Virus record (IMG/VR): IMGVR_UViG_3300029923_000015 | Location: 14,732 to 78,731 of that record | Length of the DNA: 64,000 bases | Strand: one strand, 5' to 3' | Source of the DNA: a virus | Shown: piece by piece, positions 1-9,999 of the stretch | Layout: every line of letters starts with the position of its first letter | Numbering within the stretch: the first letter of the stretch is position 1 | The notes under the pieces: generated by a model | Database searches by the model: none | Told to the model about the DNA's origin: nothing | Seen by the model: the letters and a program-made list of their open reading frames with translations, nothing else | Made by a program: the position numbers and the translations under genes

Positions 1-14
1 AAATTGGAATTAAG

Positions 15-2567
15 ATGAATAACACAACAACTATGTTTCCTGCGCAAAAAATAGCGCTCAAGAAAAAGAATAAAGAATGGGGCGAGGCTTGCGTAGACTA
101 TATTATTGGAATGGGCGAAATAGTTCCTTCTGGTTCCGATAGAACTAATTTCGAGGAGATGCAAACCTATTACGACTTATATAATAGTATCTTCAATGAA
201 AAAGATTTAAAATATGTAACAGACCCATTCAAACAGGATGATGGATTTCCAGCTAGCCCGCAAGACTTTAACATAATTAGATCTAAAATCGATTTGCTGT
301 TAGGCGAAGAAACAAAACATCCATTTAACTTTAGGGTCATTAGGACTAGCCAAGATGCTGCCTCTGACGTTCAAGAGAAGATGAAGAAGATGATGGTTGA
401 TTATATGATGGCAGAAGTTATGGCCGGAATGTCGGAAGACCAAGCAAAAGAGTTTCAAGATAAATTATCTACTGGAGAATTGATGCCACCAGAAAAAATA
501 GCATCATTTATAACAAAAGACTATAAGGATGTGGCAGAAAGTGCTGCGTATCATAGTCTAAATTATTTAAAAGAAAAACTTGGTTTAGATCATGAGTTCC
601 AGAAAGGATGGAAGGATGCATTAATAGCTGGAAAAGAAATATACTATACTGGAGTAATTAATGGCGAACCTAATATGGAGAGAGTGAACCCAATGTATTT
701 TGGACATGATCATTCACCAGACTTAGAGTTTATTGAAAATGGAGATTGGGCAGTTAGAAGGATGAGGATGTCTTATACTGAGATCTATGATAGATTGTAT
801 GATAAGATGGACGAAAAGCAATTAGACAAGCTCCTTGAAATGACAAATTCTAAACCAGGAGCTGCTGGATATGGTTCAGACAGGTCTAAAGTCGACTACA
901 TTCATTTAGATGTGAAAACAGTTACAGGTCCTGGAGACGATAATATAAACCAATCAAACCAATTAAATTTATGGCACGCTACATGGAAATCATATAAGAA
1001 AATTGGGTTTGTTACTATACTGGATGAAAATAATCAACCACAACAAATGATCGTTAGTGAGGATTACATGGTTATAGGAAATGAATTAAATATAGAATGG
1101 AAGTGGGTTATAGAGGTCTGGGAGGGATATAGATTCGGAGAAGATGGTTATGTTGGAGTTCAACCTTTAGAATATCAATTCGTATCTGCAGATAATTTAA
1201 ATTCACAAAAATTACCATACTCTGGAGTTATTTATAGTAATACAAACTCGAAGTCAAGGTCTCTCGTATCTATAATGAAGCCTCTCCAATATATGTACAT
1301 AATTATATGGTACAGGCTAGAATTAGCCTTATCAAGGGATAAAGGTAAAGTAATCACAATGGATATTACCCAAATCCCTAAATCCATGAATATTGATGCT
1401 GCTAAATGGATGCATTATCTATCAGCGGTTGGAGTTAACTTTGTTAATCCATATGAAGAAGGTTGGGATATACCAGGCAGAGAGGGCGGGAAGGCTGCTC
1501 AGTTTAATCAAATATCTGCACTCGATCTAACGATGTCTGATGTTATAAGCCAGTATATAAGTCTTATGGCAAAGATAGAAGACATGTTATCCGAGATATC
1601 TGGTGTTAGTAGGCAAAGACAGGGAGAGATTACATCAAGTGAATTGGTTGGGAATGTAAATCAGGCAGTTCAAAACTCTGCTAGTATAACTCAACCATTA
1701 TTTTGGATGCATAATCAATGCAAAAAAAACGCACTAAGGATGTTGCTAAATACAGCAAAAGAATGTTGGAGGGATTCTGCTAGACAGAATATTCAATACG
1801 TTATGAATGACTCTACTAGGGTATTTATGAAACTTGCTGATGATTTCTTTTATGAAGAAATGGATATATTTGTATCTGACTCTACAAAAGATTTACAGAA
1901 TCTAGAGGCGATAAAATCATTGTATCAGCCTGCGATGCAAAATGGAGCCAGTATATTGGATATCGCCGAGATAATGACGCTAGATAGTATTTCTGCAATT
2001 AAGACTAAGTTGGCACAGATAGAGAAGACTAGGTCCGATCAAGCGCAACAGACGGCAGACGCAGAAAATCAAAGACAAATGCAGTTGTCTCAGGTTCAGA
2101 ATGAAGTTAAACAACAAGAGGTCCTACTGAAACAACAAGAACTTGATTTGACTAAATATAAGACTGATTCTGATAATTCTACTAGAATAACAGTAGCAGA
2201 AATTGGTGCATATAAAGGAACGGCTGATATGGATGCAGATGCAAGTGGGACTCCAGATGTAATGGAAATAGCAGATATGGCATTAAAGCAAAGCCAACAT
2301 GATGCCGCTGTTTTTGACAAAGATATGGAAAGAAGTCAAAAAGAAAGAGAGTCTTCATTAAAGCATGACTTAGAAGGAAGAAAGATTGAAGCTGATAAAC
2401 AGGCCGCAAAATTAAGGGCAGATGCTGATAGAGATAAAATAAATCTTGAGAATCGAAAAATGGATGTCCAAAAACAATTACAAAAAATGAAAGATGATTC
2501 TGCTATGGAGCGCGAGAGATTAAAAGCTAAAACTGCGATTTCTAACAAGGTAACTGGTGAAAAATAA
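15..2567 (+). CDS. Portal protein (crAss-like)
   Basis: 850-aa ORF. The N-terminal FPAQK...WGEACVD segment and C-terminal coiled-coil tail resemble crAss-like portals, and it lies upstream of the MCP. Confidence 0.9.
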   Translation: MNNTTTMFPAQKIALKKKNKEWGEACVDYIIGMGEIVPSGSDRTNFEEMQTYYDLYNSIFNEKDLKYVTDPFKQDDGFPASPQDFNIIRSKIDLLLGEETKHPFNFRVIRTSQDAASDVQEKMKKMMVDYMMAEVMAGMSEDQAKEFQDKLSTGELMPPEKIASFITKDYKDVAESAAYHSLNYLKEKLGLDHEFQKGWKDALIAGKEIYYTGVINGEPNMERVNPMYFGHDHSPDLEFIENGDWAVRRMRMSYTEIYDRLYDKMDEKQLDKLLEMTNSKPGAAGYGSDRSKVDYIHLDVKTVTGPGDDNINQSNQLNLWHATWKSYKKIGFVTILDENNQPQQMIVSEDYMVIGNELNIEWKWVIEVWEGYRFGEDGYVGVQPLEYQFVSADNLNSQKLPYSGVIYSNTNSKSRSLVSIMKPLQYMYIIIWYRLELALSRDKGKVITMDITQIPKSMNIDAAKWMHYLSAVGVNFVNPYEEGWDIPGREGGKAAQFNQISALDLTMSDVISQYISLMAKIEDMLSEISGVSRQRQGEITSSELVGNVNQAVQNSASITQPLFWMHNQCKKNALRMLLNTAKECWRDSARQNIQYVMNDSTRVFMKLADDFFYEEMDIFVSDSTKDLQNLEAIKSLYQPAMQNGASILDIAEIMTLDSISAIKTKLAQIEKTRSDQAQQTADAENQRQMQLSQVQNEVKQQEVLLKQQELDLTKYKTDSDNSTRITVAEIGAYKGTADMDADASGTPDVMEIADMALKQSQHDAAVFDKDMERSQKERESSLKHDLEGRKIEADKQAAKLRADADRDKINLENRKMDVQKQLQKMKDDSAMERERLKAKTAISNKVTGEK

Positions 2568-3435
2568 TATGCCAAAGATAGTGACAAAAACAAACAAGTC
2601 ACTTATTTCTGATTGGAGGAAGAACTTCTCTAAACCTCCAACAGAATTGACTACGCCAGGTGTCGGTTTATTAGATACGCAACAACTACAATCGTCCACA
2701 ATGGTATCTACTCCAAATAGAATAAAGTCTGAGACTAATCGCGTTCCAATAGTGAAAGGAGATCCAACGCCAAAGTATATAAATATAAAGGATAATAGAA
2801 AAATTAGAGCAACCACTGGTCTTGCCATTGATCCTAATAGAGATCTCAAGACTGGATCTTATCCAACTACTCTTCCTGTTGATATAGCTGGCAGCGCAAA
2901 TACATTAAATAAAGATGCGTGGACAGTGATGGCTATAGGCCTTGCAGAAAATGACTTAGACAAAAAAGACTCTTTCTCCGGTCATATGACTTCACCACCA
3001 ACAGAAGGTGCAACATCTCCCGGAGATGATATGGTTAGGACGTTATCTAAAAAGATGCAACTCGCAAAAAGACTTGGCTATAAAGATGAACCCCACCAGA
3101 TACAGGCGTGGCAGGGATTAAGCCATAAGGGTCTAACTGCAAAGTCAGATCAAAAATACAATATAGAGACAGGGCAAGGCTCTAGTCAAGGGTCCTGGTT
3201 TGGGGTTCCAATCCCCTCTAGTGGGCATATAGATACTTTTGAGAACCCTTTGTATGGAAAAGAGATAATAGATCTTAGAGATAATGTATTAAAGCCGAAT
3301 AAAGACTTAAAGAATATAGTAGATACTACCGGCACAAAAGGTGGCGTTGTTATAAATAATGGAATAAAATATACTAACTCAAACTACGCCAGGAGACTTG
3401 CTGTCAATAAGTGGCTAGAGGGTAATAGAAAATAA
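2557..3435 (+). CDS. Hypothetical protein with possible lysozyme/transglycosylase-like fold
   Basis: 292-aa ORF overlapping the portal stop. Segments AIGLAEN and QAWQG...NPLYGKEIIDLR loosely recall SLT-like folds. Confidence 0.45.
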   Translation: MKNNMPKIVTKTNKSLISDWRKNFSKPPTELTTPGVGLLDTQQLQSSTMVSTPNRIKSETNRVPIVKGDPTPKYINIKDNRKIRATTGLAIDPNRDLKTGSYPTTLPVDIAGSANTLNKDAWTVMAIGLAENDLDKKDSFSGHMTSPPTEGATSPGDDMVRTLSKKMQLAKRLGYKDEPHQIQAWQGLSHKGLTAKSDQKYNIETGQGSSQGSWFGVPIPSSGHIDTFENPLYGKEIIDLRDNVLKPNKDLKNIVDTTGTKGGVVINNGIKYTNSNYARRLAVNKWLEGNRK

Positions 3436-3456
3436 TACAATTGAAAATAAACAATT

Positions 3457-4623
3457 ATGATAGATAAAAATAATGACGCTCTGGGAGGTTTTAGTGCAAT
3501 TTTCGACACACTATCTCCTAATGAAGACATACAAAGATTTAAAGGGTTTGAAGTTGTAGAAGATCCAGATGATCCTACGACAGACACTAAGGCAATTGAT
3601 GGAAAGGACGTACAAAGTCCATTTGACTTAGCGGATGAGGACGATTCCGTGGAAGTCCCAGGTAAACCAGATTTGAAAAAAACTACTCCTACTGTAGAGA
3701 AAGATGAAGTAAAGGAAATTATTCCTATTACTGATGATGAGCCTGAAAAAGAGGACGAAGTAGATGAGTCTGAATCTCAACAGGTGACTGCATTTTTTGA
3801 TGCAATAGCAGAACAAGTTGGATGGAATGATATTACTGATGATGAAAAGCCAAAGTCGGTAGAAGACTTCGTATCATATATGAAGTCAGCAGTAGAAGAA
3901 AGTAGCACGCCTCAATACGCTAACGATGAGGTCGCTTCTCTAGATCAGTATATAAAAACAGGTGGTACTATGTATGACTACTTTAATGGTACCACATCAG
4001 TTGATTATGATTCTGTTGACTTATCAAATGTAGAGTCTCAAAAAGCCCTAGTAAGTGAATTCCTTACTACAAAAGGGTTCAGTGATACCCAGATAAAAAG
4101 AAAATTAGAAAAATACCAAGATGCAGATCTTTTGGAAGATGAAGCTACTGACGCCATAGAATTTTTAAAAGAATCTAAAGAGCAAAACAGAAAAGCGCTA
4201 TTAGAAGAACAAAGAACTGCATACGACAATACGGTTAAGGAGCAACAAATTTTTTACAACAGCGTTGTTGATCAAATAGAAGCCCTTTCGGATGTTAGAG
4301 GAATAAAAATACCAAAAGAAGATAAGAAAGTTTTTAAGGAATATCTTTTAAAAATAGAATCTGATGGTAAAACCAAATATCAAAAAGACTATTCAAATCC
4401 TAATCGGATGATCAAGAATCTTATAGAATCTGCATACTTCACAATGAAAGGTGATGTATTGATAGAAAATGCTAAAAGATCTGGAGAAACGTCTGCTACA
4501 GAAAGACTGAAAAATACTTTGAAAACAAACAAAGTAAGTGGTTCGAAACAATCAATAAATAATGGGTCTCCAGCACCACTATGGTCTATAGCTTCGCAAC
4601 AACTATTACGAAGACCCCAATAA
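3457..4623 (+). CDS. Conserved crAss-like protein upstream of MCP (putative scaffold/structural protein)
   Basis: 388 aa with a very acidic low-complexity N-terminus and a helical C-terminus, in the conserved position immediately 5' of the MCP. Confidence 0.7.
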   Translation: MIDKNNDALGGFSAIFDTLSPNEDIQRFKGFEVVEDPDDPTTDTKAIDGKDVQSPFDLADEDDSVEVPGKPDLKKTTPTVEKDEVKEIIPITDDEPEKEDEVDESESQQVTAFFDAIAEQVGWNDITDDEKPKSVEDFVSYMKSAVEESSTPQYANDEVASLDQYIKTGGTMYDYFNGTTSVDYDSVDLSNVESQKALVSEFLTTKGFSDTQIKRKLEKYQDADLLEDEATDAIEFLKESKEQNRKALLEEQRTAYDNTVKEQQIFYNSVVDQIEALSDVRGIKIPKEDKKVFKEYLLKIESDGKTKYQKDYSNPNRMIKNLIESAYFTMKGDVLIENAKRSGETSATERLKNTLKTNKVSGSKQSINNGSPAPLWSIASQQLLRRPQ

Positions 4624-4647
4624 TAAACATAAAACTAAGTTTTAAAA

Positions 4648-6126
4648 ATGGATAATGGAATTTTAAACAACCTACAGCTTTACAAAGGAAAATGGTTTTC
4701 TGATCTTGTAGATGAAAATATGCTTTCTAATGCACTTCTGGTTAAACCTCACGAAGTATCTAGCGTAATTTCTTACGTATTTGGTGCTAAGGATGATGGT
4801 TATAGTTCTGCCTTAGATTTCTTAACAGGAGGTCTTGGAAAGACTATGGTAATTGACCAACGTGAATTTAGATGGTCTGTTATGATCGATTCTGATCGTG
4901 CAGTTACTATTCGTTCAGCTAAATGGAATGGTTCTACAGTAACCGATCCAACAACTCAGGCAGGTCTGGGTAATACTCCGATAATGCTATCTCTAGAAGA
5001 TAAGTGGTTCGGTCCAGGTGCTATACTTGAATTAGACGATAAGGAATTTCAATTACGTGTGTCGGGCGCTCCTTACCAAGATGGAAATGAATGGGTTTAT
5101 ACTTGCTTCATTGCAGATAGTCAGGCTACTTCGTTTGTACCGGGTAAATATTTACTTTCTGGATGTCAGGTATCTCGTTTAGGTTCCGCCTACGAAGAGT
5201 ACTCAGAAGAGGCAGATATCATCAATTACAATACTCATATTAAACTGCATAATCATTTGACTACGGTTCGTTTGTCTTACGATATTACAGGTACCGCTTA
5301 TAGTACTGTATTGGCTATCGCATTGAAAGACCCTAAGACTGGTAAAACTTCTTACTTGTGGTCGGATTTCCAGGAATGGAAAGCTGCCCGTGAATGGAAT
5401 AAACGTCAAGAACGTCAATTGGTATACTCTAAATATAATGCTAGTGCTGATGGTACTACTGAATTAATGGGTACTAATGGTCGTCCAGTATATATTGGTG
5501 CAGGTTTATTGCAACAGATAGCCCCGGCAAATCGTAGATATTATACAGAATTAAATGCCGATTTATTGGAAGATTTCTTATCTGACATGTCTTATAATAT
5601 GCTTGGAACTAATGAACGTAAATTCGTTGCCTTTACAGGCGAAATGGGTATGCGTGAATTTGACCGCGTATTAAAAGAAAAGGCAGGTACCTATAATCTT
5701 ATTGACAGTAAATTTGTTACTGGTTCTGGTCAAGAACTAACTTTAGGTGGTCAGTTCACTACTTATAAAATGACTAACGGTATTGAACTTACTGTTAAGC
5801 ATTTGCCAATGTATGATGATATCGTACATAATCGTAAGTTACATCCAATTACTGGGAAACCGGTTGAGTCTTATAGATTTACCTTCTTGGACTTTGGTAC
5901 AAGAGATGGAGAAGCTAATATCGTTAAGGTAGCTAGGAAAGACAGAGAGATGGTTATGTGGCATACTGCTGGTTCTGTAGCCCCTGGAGCTGGATATGGC
6001 AAATCAATCAACACCCTTCGTTCAAATGCAAAGGATGGTTATTCGGTAAACTTCTTAGGTGAAGTTGGTATCATGGTTAGAGATCCACGTGCTTGTGGTG
6101 AGTTGATCATGGACGTTATTGATTAA
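4648..6126 (+). CDS. Major capsid protein (crAss-like, HK97 fold)
   Basis: 492 aa. The MDNGILNNLQLYKGKWFSDL start and ...GIMVRDPRACGELI end resemble crAss-like MCPs. Frequent CGT/GGT codons fit a highly expressed gene. Confidence 0.93.
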   Translation: MDNGILNNLQLYKGKWFSDLVDENMLSNALLVKPHEVSSVISYVFGAKDDGYSSALDFLTGGLGKTMVIDQREFRWSVMIDSDRAVTIRSAKWNGSTVTDPTTQAGLGNTPIMLSLEDKWFGPGAILELDDKEFQLRVSGAPYQDGNEWVYTCFIADSQATSFVPGKYLLSGCQVSRLGSAYEEYSEEADIINYNTHIKLHNHLTTVRLSYDITGTAYSTVLAIALKDPKTGKTSYLWSDFQEWKAAREWNKRQERQLVYSKYNASADGTTELMGTNGRPVYIGAGLLQQIAPANRRYYTELNADLLEDFLSDMSYNMLGTNERKFVAFTGEMGMREFDRVLKEKAGTYNLIDSKFVTGSGQELTLGGQFTTYKMTNGIELTVKHLPMYDDIVHNRKLHPITGKPVESYRFTFLDFGTRDGEANIVKVARKDREMVMWHTAGSVAPGAGYGKSINTLRSNAKDGYSVNFLGEVGIMVRDPRACGELIMDVID

Positions 6127-6135
6127 TAAAAATTA

Positions 6136-6165
6136 AGTATAGGTAAATTGGTTTTTACCTATACT
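6136..6165 (+). terminator. 12-bp hairpin downstream of MCP
   Basis: AGTATAGGTAAA (6136-6147) / TTTACCTATACT (6154-6165). The U-tract is weak, so it may be a stabiliser or processing hairpin instead. Confidence 0.5.
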
Positions 6166-6316
6166 ACATTAATTAGATTAGTTTGATTCATAATAAAATC
6201 AAAACTATCGAAATGGAAGTAAAAATATTTTGAATTGCGATTGCATTCATAGGTTATAGCTAATCTACAATGTGTGATTAGTTATTTTTAGTATTAACTT
6301 TTAAATCTTTAGAATT

Positions 6317-7090
6317 ATGGCACTTACTTTAGATGGTACAACGACTTTACCTGCAATGGGTGGAAGTGGTCTAGGCTCGGGCGTTGGTCTCGGGGCAGTT
6401 GGCGGTGGTATTGCTGGGTTAATCCTTGGTGGATTAATAGGCAATAACGGAAATGGATTATTTGGTGGCGGGTCTAGTACCGCTAATGTAGCAGAATTTG
6501 GAGCAATAAATAACCAACTGCAAACATTACAATCTCAGATCGGCGCAAATGATTTAAGGAATGAATTGGAAAGTATGGAGAACACATACGCTACAATATC
6601 ATCCGGACAGACTGCTGCTAATGCAGCTGGATTCGCGTCAATCGGGAGTCAAATAGGAAACGTTGCAACGGCACAAGCAACTAATAACTTTACTACACTT
6701 ACATCTATCAATGATTTAGGCCGTGATATTACTGCTCAATCGAATCAAAATGCTTTACAGCAATTGAATTCTTTTAATCAGCAAAATACCACAATGCTGC
6801 AAGGATTTAACTCATCCGCAATGCAGGTTCAAAATGCAACTAATCAAATAATTGCTCAAGGAACTGCAAATGCAATGGCAATGGCTAATTGTTGCTGCGA
6901 AATAAAGAGTACTATCCTATCAGACGGAAATGCAACTCGCGCATTGATAAATGATCTTAATGTTCAAAACTTAAGAGATCAATTAACTGCTGCTAATAAT
7001 AAGATCAGTAATAACGATCAGAATCAATATTTGTTAAGTTCCATCTTGACACATATTCACCCAACAGTTACTGGGACTACTATTGTCTAA
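6317..7090 (+). CDS. Hypothetical Gly-rich / Asn-Gln-rich coiled-coil protein with NCCCE motif
   Basis: 257 aa: hydrophobic Gly-rich N-terminus, N/Q-rich helical body, then NCCCE...ATRALI...QNLRDQL. Confidence 0.75.
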   Translation: MALTLDGTTTLPAMGGSGLGSGVGLGAVGGGIAGLILGGLIGNNGNGLFGGGSSTANVAEFGAINNQLQTLQSQIGANDLRNELESMENTYATISSGQTAANAAGFASIGSQIGNVATAQATNNFTTLTSINDLGRDITAQSNQNALQQLNSFNQQNTTMLQGFNSSAMQVQNATNQIIAQGTANAMAMANCCCEIKSTILSDGNATRALINDLNVQNLRDQLTAANNKISNNDQNQYLLSSILTHIHPTVTGTTIV

Positions 7091-7104
7091 TAAAAAACAC
7101 CAAC

Positions 7105-7118
7105 GGGGCTTCGGCCCC
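7105..7118 (+). other. GC-rich UUCG tetraloop hairpin
   Basis: GGGGC-TTCG-GCCCC in the intergenic gap of an AT-rich genome. Confidence 0.6.
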
Positions 7119-7139
7119 TTAGGTTAAAACTAAAGAGAT

Positions 7140-7436
7140 ATGGCAAGTCCAATAACAGTAGGCACTACAGCAATTGTAGTCGCTTTAGCTAATTTGTCTA
7201 GGGCTGATATTCGATTTCAGAATACAAGTCTAACACAGACAATTTATTTGAAAAGGGTCCCTAGTACTGGGTTATTTACTCCAGTATCTACAACTGATTA
7301 TGATGTAAGAATGCTTCCAGATTCAGCAACTGGTGAAGGCGGAGAGCCATTTGAAACTAACTCAGTTTCTGCTTTCCAAGCAATTTCATCGGCAGCAGCA
7401 GGAACATTGGCAATTTATGAAACGGTTAAAGTTTAA
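7140..7436 (+). CDS. Hypothetical small beta-rich protein
   Basis: 98-aa ORF with an A-rich upstream context. Confidence 0.65.
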   Translation: MASPITVGTTAIVVALANLSRADIRFQNTSLTQTIYLKRVPSTGLFTPVSTTDYDVRMLPDSATGEGGEPFETNSVSAFQAISSAAAGTLAIYETVKV

Positions 7437-7440
7437 GATC

Positions 7441-7617
7441 ATGGAAGAAAATTATTTTAAAATAAGTTTCGATAAAGTCATGGAAATGATTTTAATCGAA
7501 GAAAGACAAAAGATACATAAGTTTATCTTAGATACATTAGGGAAGGCTACTGCAGATATATTCGAAACATACAAAGCGACTCCTTCCGAAACTCTTAAGT
7601 TATTTGTAACAGTTTAA
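7441..7617 (+). CDS. Hypothetical protein (58 aa; likely start 7441 rather than 7333)
   Basis: The ATG at 7441 lies 4 nt after the previous stop. The longer ORF call overlaps the upstream gene. Confidence 0.55.
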   Translation: MEENYFKISFDKVMEMILIEERQKIHKFILDTLGKATADIFETYKATPSETLKLFVTV

Positions 7618-7628
7618 CCTAAGCTAAG

Positions 7629-7880
7629 ATGGAAGATAATATTACTGTACAAGATACAGCCGTAGACACAAAGAAAGTCTATCCAATGGTAGAAGAGATG
7701 ACGTTCAGATCTCCTGTAAAGAGTGAAGAAGAAGCATATAGACTATTAATGGCAATACAAACTTTAGTCAATGAAGTAGGATCAATTGAGATTATCTCAC
7801 TATTCGATTATTTTGTAAAAAATCCATCAGCAATAGCAAAGGCTAAAAAGTACTTACCTTACTTAAAAATGTTAGGATGA
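7629..7880 (+). CDS. Hypothetical protein
   Basis: 83-aa ORF whose stop overlaps the next start (ATGA). Confidence 0.6.
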   Translation: MEDNITVQDTAVDTKKVYPMVEEMTFRSPVKSEEEAYRLLMAIQTLVNEVGSIEIISLFDYFVKNPSAIAKAKKYLPYLKMLG

Positions 7881-8341
7881 GCAAATTTATGAATTTAATA
7901 GAAAAAGCAGCTCCGATTGTTATTCAGTCTAAGCCAATGATAGAAATTATTAATATAGTTAATGAGCATCTAGATGATATGTGCTTATTGCATCCTAATC
8001 AATATGATGATCTTATTAATGAAATATATATGGTAGCAAATGGACCTTATTTCGATCTTGATATAGCCAATAAGGCTGTAGCTGCTATGCATAATGAAGA
8101 TGGCACTATGGGCCAGAAACTTAGTCTAAATGATACTAATCAAATAGCATCATCAATGAGTATTTATTTTGATAAATTTAATCAATACGATTGGTACTAT
8201 ACCGTAAACATGATATATTCTGATTACAGCGTAGTCTTATCAAATAACTCTTCATTATTAAATGAAATGGCAAAAGCCTTTTTAATGGATAAGGACGCCC
8301 CAGCAGGGAAGGCCTATCTGTACTATAAGGCAATGTGCTAA
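7877..8341 (+). CDS. Hypothetical helical protein (WYYxxNMxYSDY...AKAFLxDKDA family)
   Basis: 154 aa. The C-terminal DWYYTVNMIYSDY...AKAFLMDKDAPAGKAYLYY motif is one I recall from uncharacterised gut-phage proteins. Confidence 0.7.
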   Translation: MSKFMNLIEKAAPIVIQSKPMIEIINIVNEHLDDMCLLHPNQYDDLINEIYMVANGPYFDLDIANKAVAAMHNEDGTMGQKLSLNDTNQIASSMSIYFDKFNQYDWYYTVNMIYSDYSVVLSNNSSLLNEMAKAFLMDKDAPAGKAYLYYKAMC

Positions 8342-8346
8342 AATAC

Positions 8347-8378
8347 TTATGTGGGGCGATTGATTTTACCCCACATAA
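8347..8378 (+). terminator. Hairpin closing the post-MCP cassette
   Basis: TTATGTGGGG (8347-8356) / CCCCACATAA (8369-8378). Confidence 0.5.
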
Positions 8379-8421
8379 CAATTAAATAAATATAAAAATT
8401 ACTATACTTAAGTAAACTTAA

Positions 8422-9174
8422 ATGGAAGTATTATTGAAACATAAGCGCAAAGACGCTTGGGCCCAAGTAATAAAATATAAATCATGCTTTGATTATATTG
8501 CGCCTGCATTAACAAGATCGGGAAATAGACACACTGGATTAACAGAAGAAGACGCCCTTAGACTTGAAAAGGAATTAAATTTAGGACCAAATACTTTAGC
8601 CCCTTATAGCAAGTATTGGGTTACGTTTATTATAAAAATAACTAATAAAGAGCTTGCTCTAGACACTAGTAGACCCTGGGATGAATTGCAATATCTATTT
8701 TTAAAGAATCATCACAGAGTTGCAATTGGATTAAACGATTTAAAACCAGGAGCAGACTATGTATTAATAAACAAAGATTCTGAGGCTCAAGAGTCTAATA
8801 GGATCAATAAGAGAAAGCGCGATGCTATTAAAGAATTTGACAAACTATCGCTAGAAGACATGAGAAAGTGTTTGCGACTATTTGGATATAAAGCAGATAC
8901 TATGTCGGCTGAACTCGTAGAAAGCAAATTATTTGAACAAGTGGAAGGAAGCCCAGAGAGATTCTTTTCTAAATGGGTTGATAATAAATCAAAAAATACT
9001 GAATTCCTAATTGAGGCTGCAATAGCAAAAAATATTTTACGAAAAAATAAAAATGCTTATTTGTACGGAACGGATGTTATAGGGACTTCATTATCTGATG
9101 CAGTATCTTATTTAGATAATAAGATGAACCAAGATCTGAAGATGACTATAAAAAATGAATTAGAAAGTAAATAA
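8422..9174 (+). CDS. Conserved crAss-like capsid-module protein
   Basis: 250 aa with motifs TGLTEEDALRLEKEL and LIEAAIAKNILRK...YGTDVIG, as in the crAss gene usually adjacent to the MCP. Confidence 0.7.
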   Translation: MEVLLKHKRKDAWAQVIKYKSCFDYIAPALTRSGNRHTGLTEEDALRLEKELNLGPNTLAPYSKYWVTFIIKITNKELALDTSRPWDELQYLFLKNHHRVAIGLNDLKPGADYVLINKDSEAQESNRINKRKRDAIKEFDKLSLEDMRKCLRLFGYKADTMSAELVESKLFEQVEGSPERFFSKWVDNKSKNTEFLIEAAIAKNILRKNKNAYLYGTDVIGTSLSDAVSYLDNKMNQDLKMTIKNELESK

Positions 9175-9176
9175 AT

Positions 9177-9893
9177 ATGACAAACGAATTAGTACACAGG
9201 AATTTTAATATAGAGGCCGATAAATCTAATCTAATTACTAGTTCGCCTTCATTTCTTCCAGAAGAAATAGATTATTTTGTTAATACAGAAATAGAACGAT
9301 TTATTAAGACTAGATATTCTGGCTTAAATATACATAAAGATGGCTTCCAGCAAAGTCAAAAAAGATCAGATGATCTTAGAACTGTTACCAAGTCTGTAGA
9401 TATTATCCCAACCATATCAATGATATCAAAAAGTGATGATCTAAAGTCCTCTAAATATACTTTCGAGTACCCTATAGATTACTTTATTGGACTTGGAGAG
9501 ACTGCGTACATTAGTACTCCCAATGCACTGCCGTCAGGAGTACATAGAGTCGATGTAATGGAGTCTACAATAGAGAATATAGATTCGAGTCTCCAGAACT
9601 CATTAAGCCCTTACAGGTACCACAATGGGACGGCAAGGCCATTAAGAGTCTATTCAGATGGGAAGATAAATTTATATACTGACGAAAACTATATTATAAA
9701 TAAATATACTATAACTTACTTATTCCTGCCAGCGAAACTAGATTGGTACTCTGGAGATAGGAATGTAGAATTAACTATAATGCCAGACCACACTTGGGAT
9801 GAAATAATCGTAAATGCGGTAAAATTAGCATTATTAAATACTTCTGATGACAGGTATCAAGCCTACTCTCAGGAGGCTCAAATAATTGAGTAA
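9177..9893 (+). CDS. Head-tail ring / structural protein
   Basis: 238 aa with motifs FLPEEIDYF, FQQSQKRSDDL and HTWDEIIVNAV, typical of crAss ring proteins. Confidence 0.65.
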   Translation: MTNELVHRNFNIEADKSNLITSSPSFLPEEIDYFVNTEIERFIKTRYSGLNIHKDGFQQSQKRSDDLRTVTKSVDIIPTISMISKSDDLKSSKYTFEYPIDYFIGLGETAYISTPNALPSGVHRVDVMESTIENIDSSLQNSLSPYRYHNGTARPLRVYSDGKINLYTDENYIINKYTITYLFLPAKLDWYSGDRNVELTIMPDHTWDEIIVNAVKLALLNTSDDRYQAYSQEAQIIE

Positions 9894-9999
9894 TAAAATC
9901 TCAGTTTAGTTCAACGTGGAAATCTTTAACGAAAGTAGAAAAAACTAAACGATAGTTTAAACTGAGTCGACAAAAATTTAAACTAATAAAAATAAAAAT

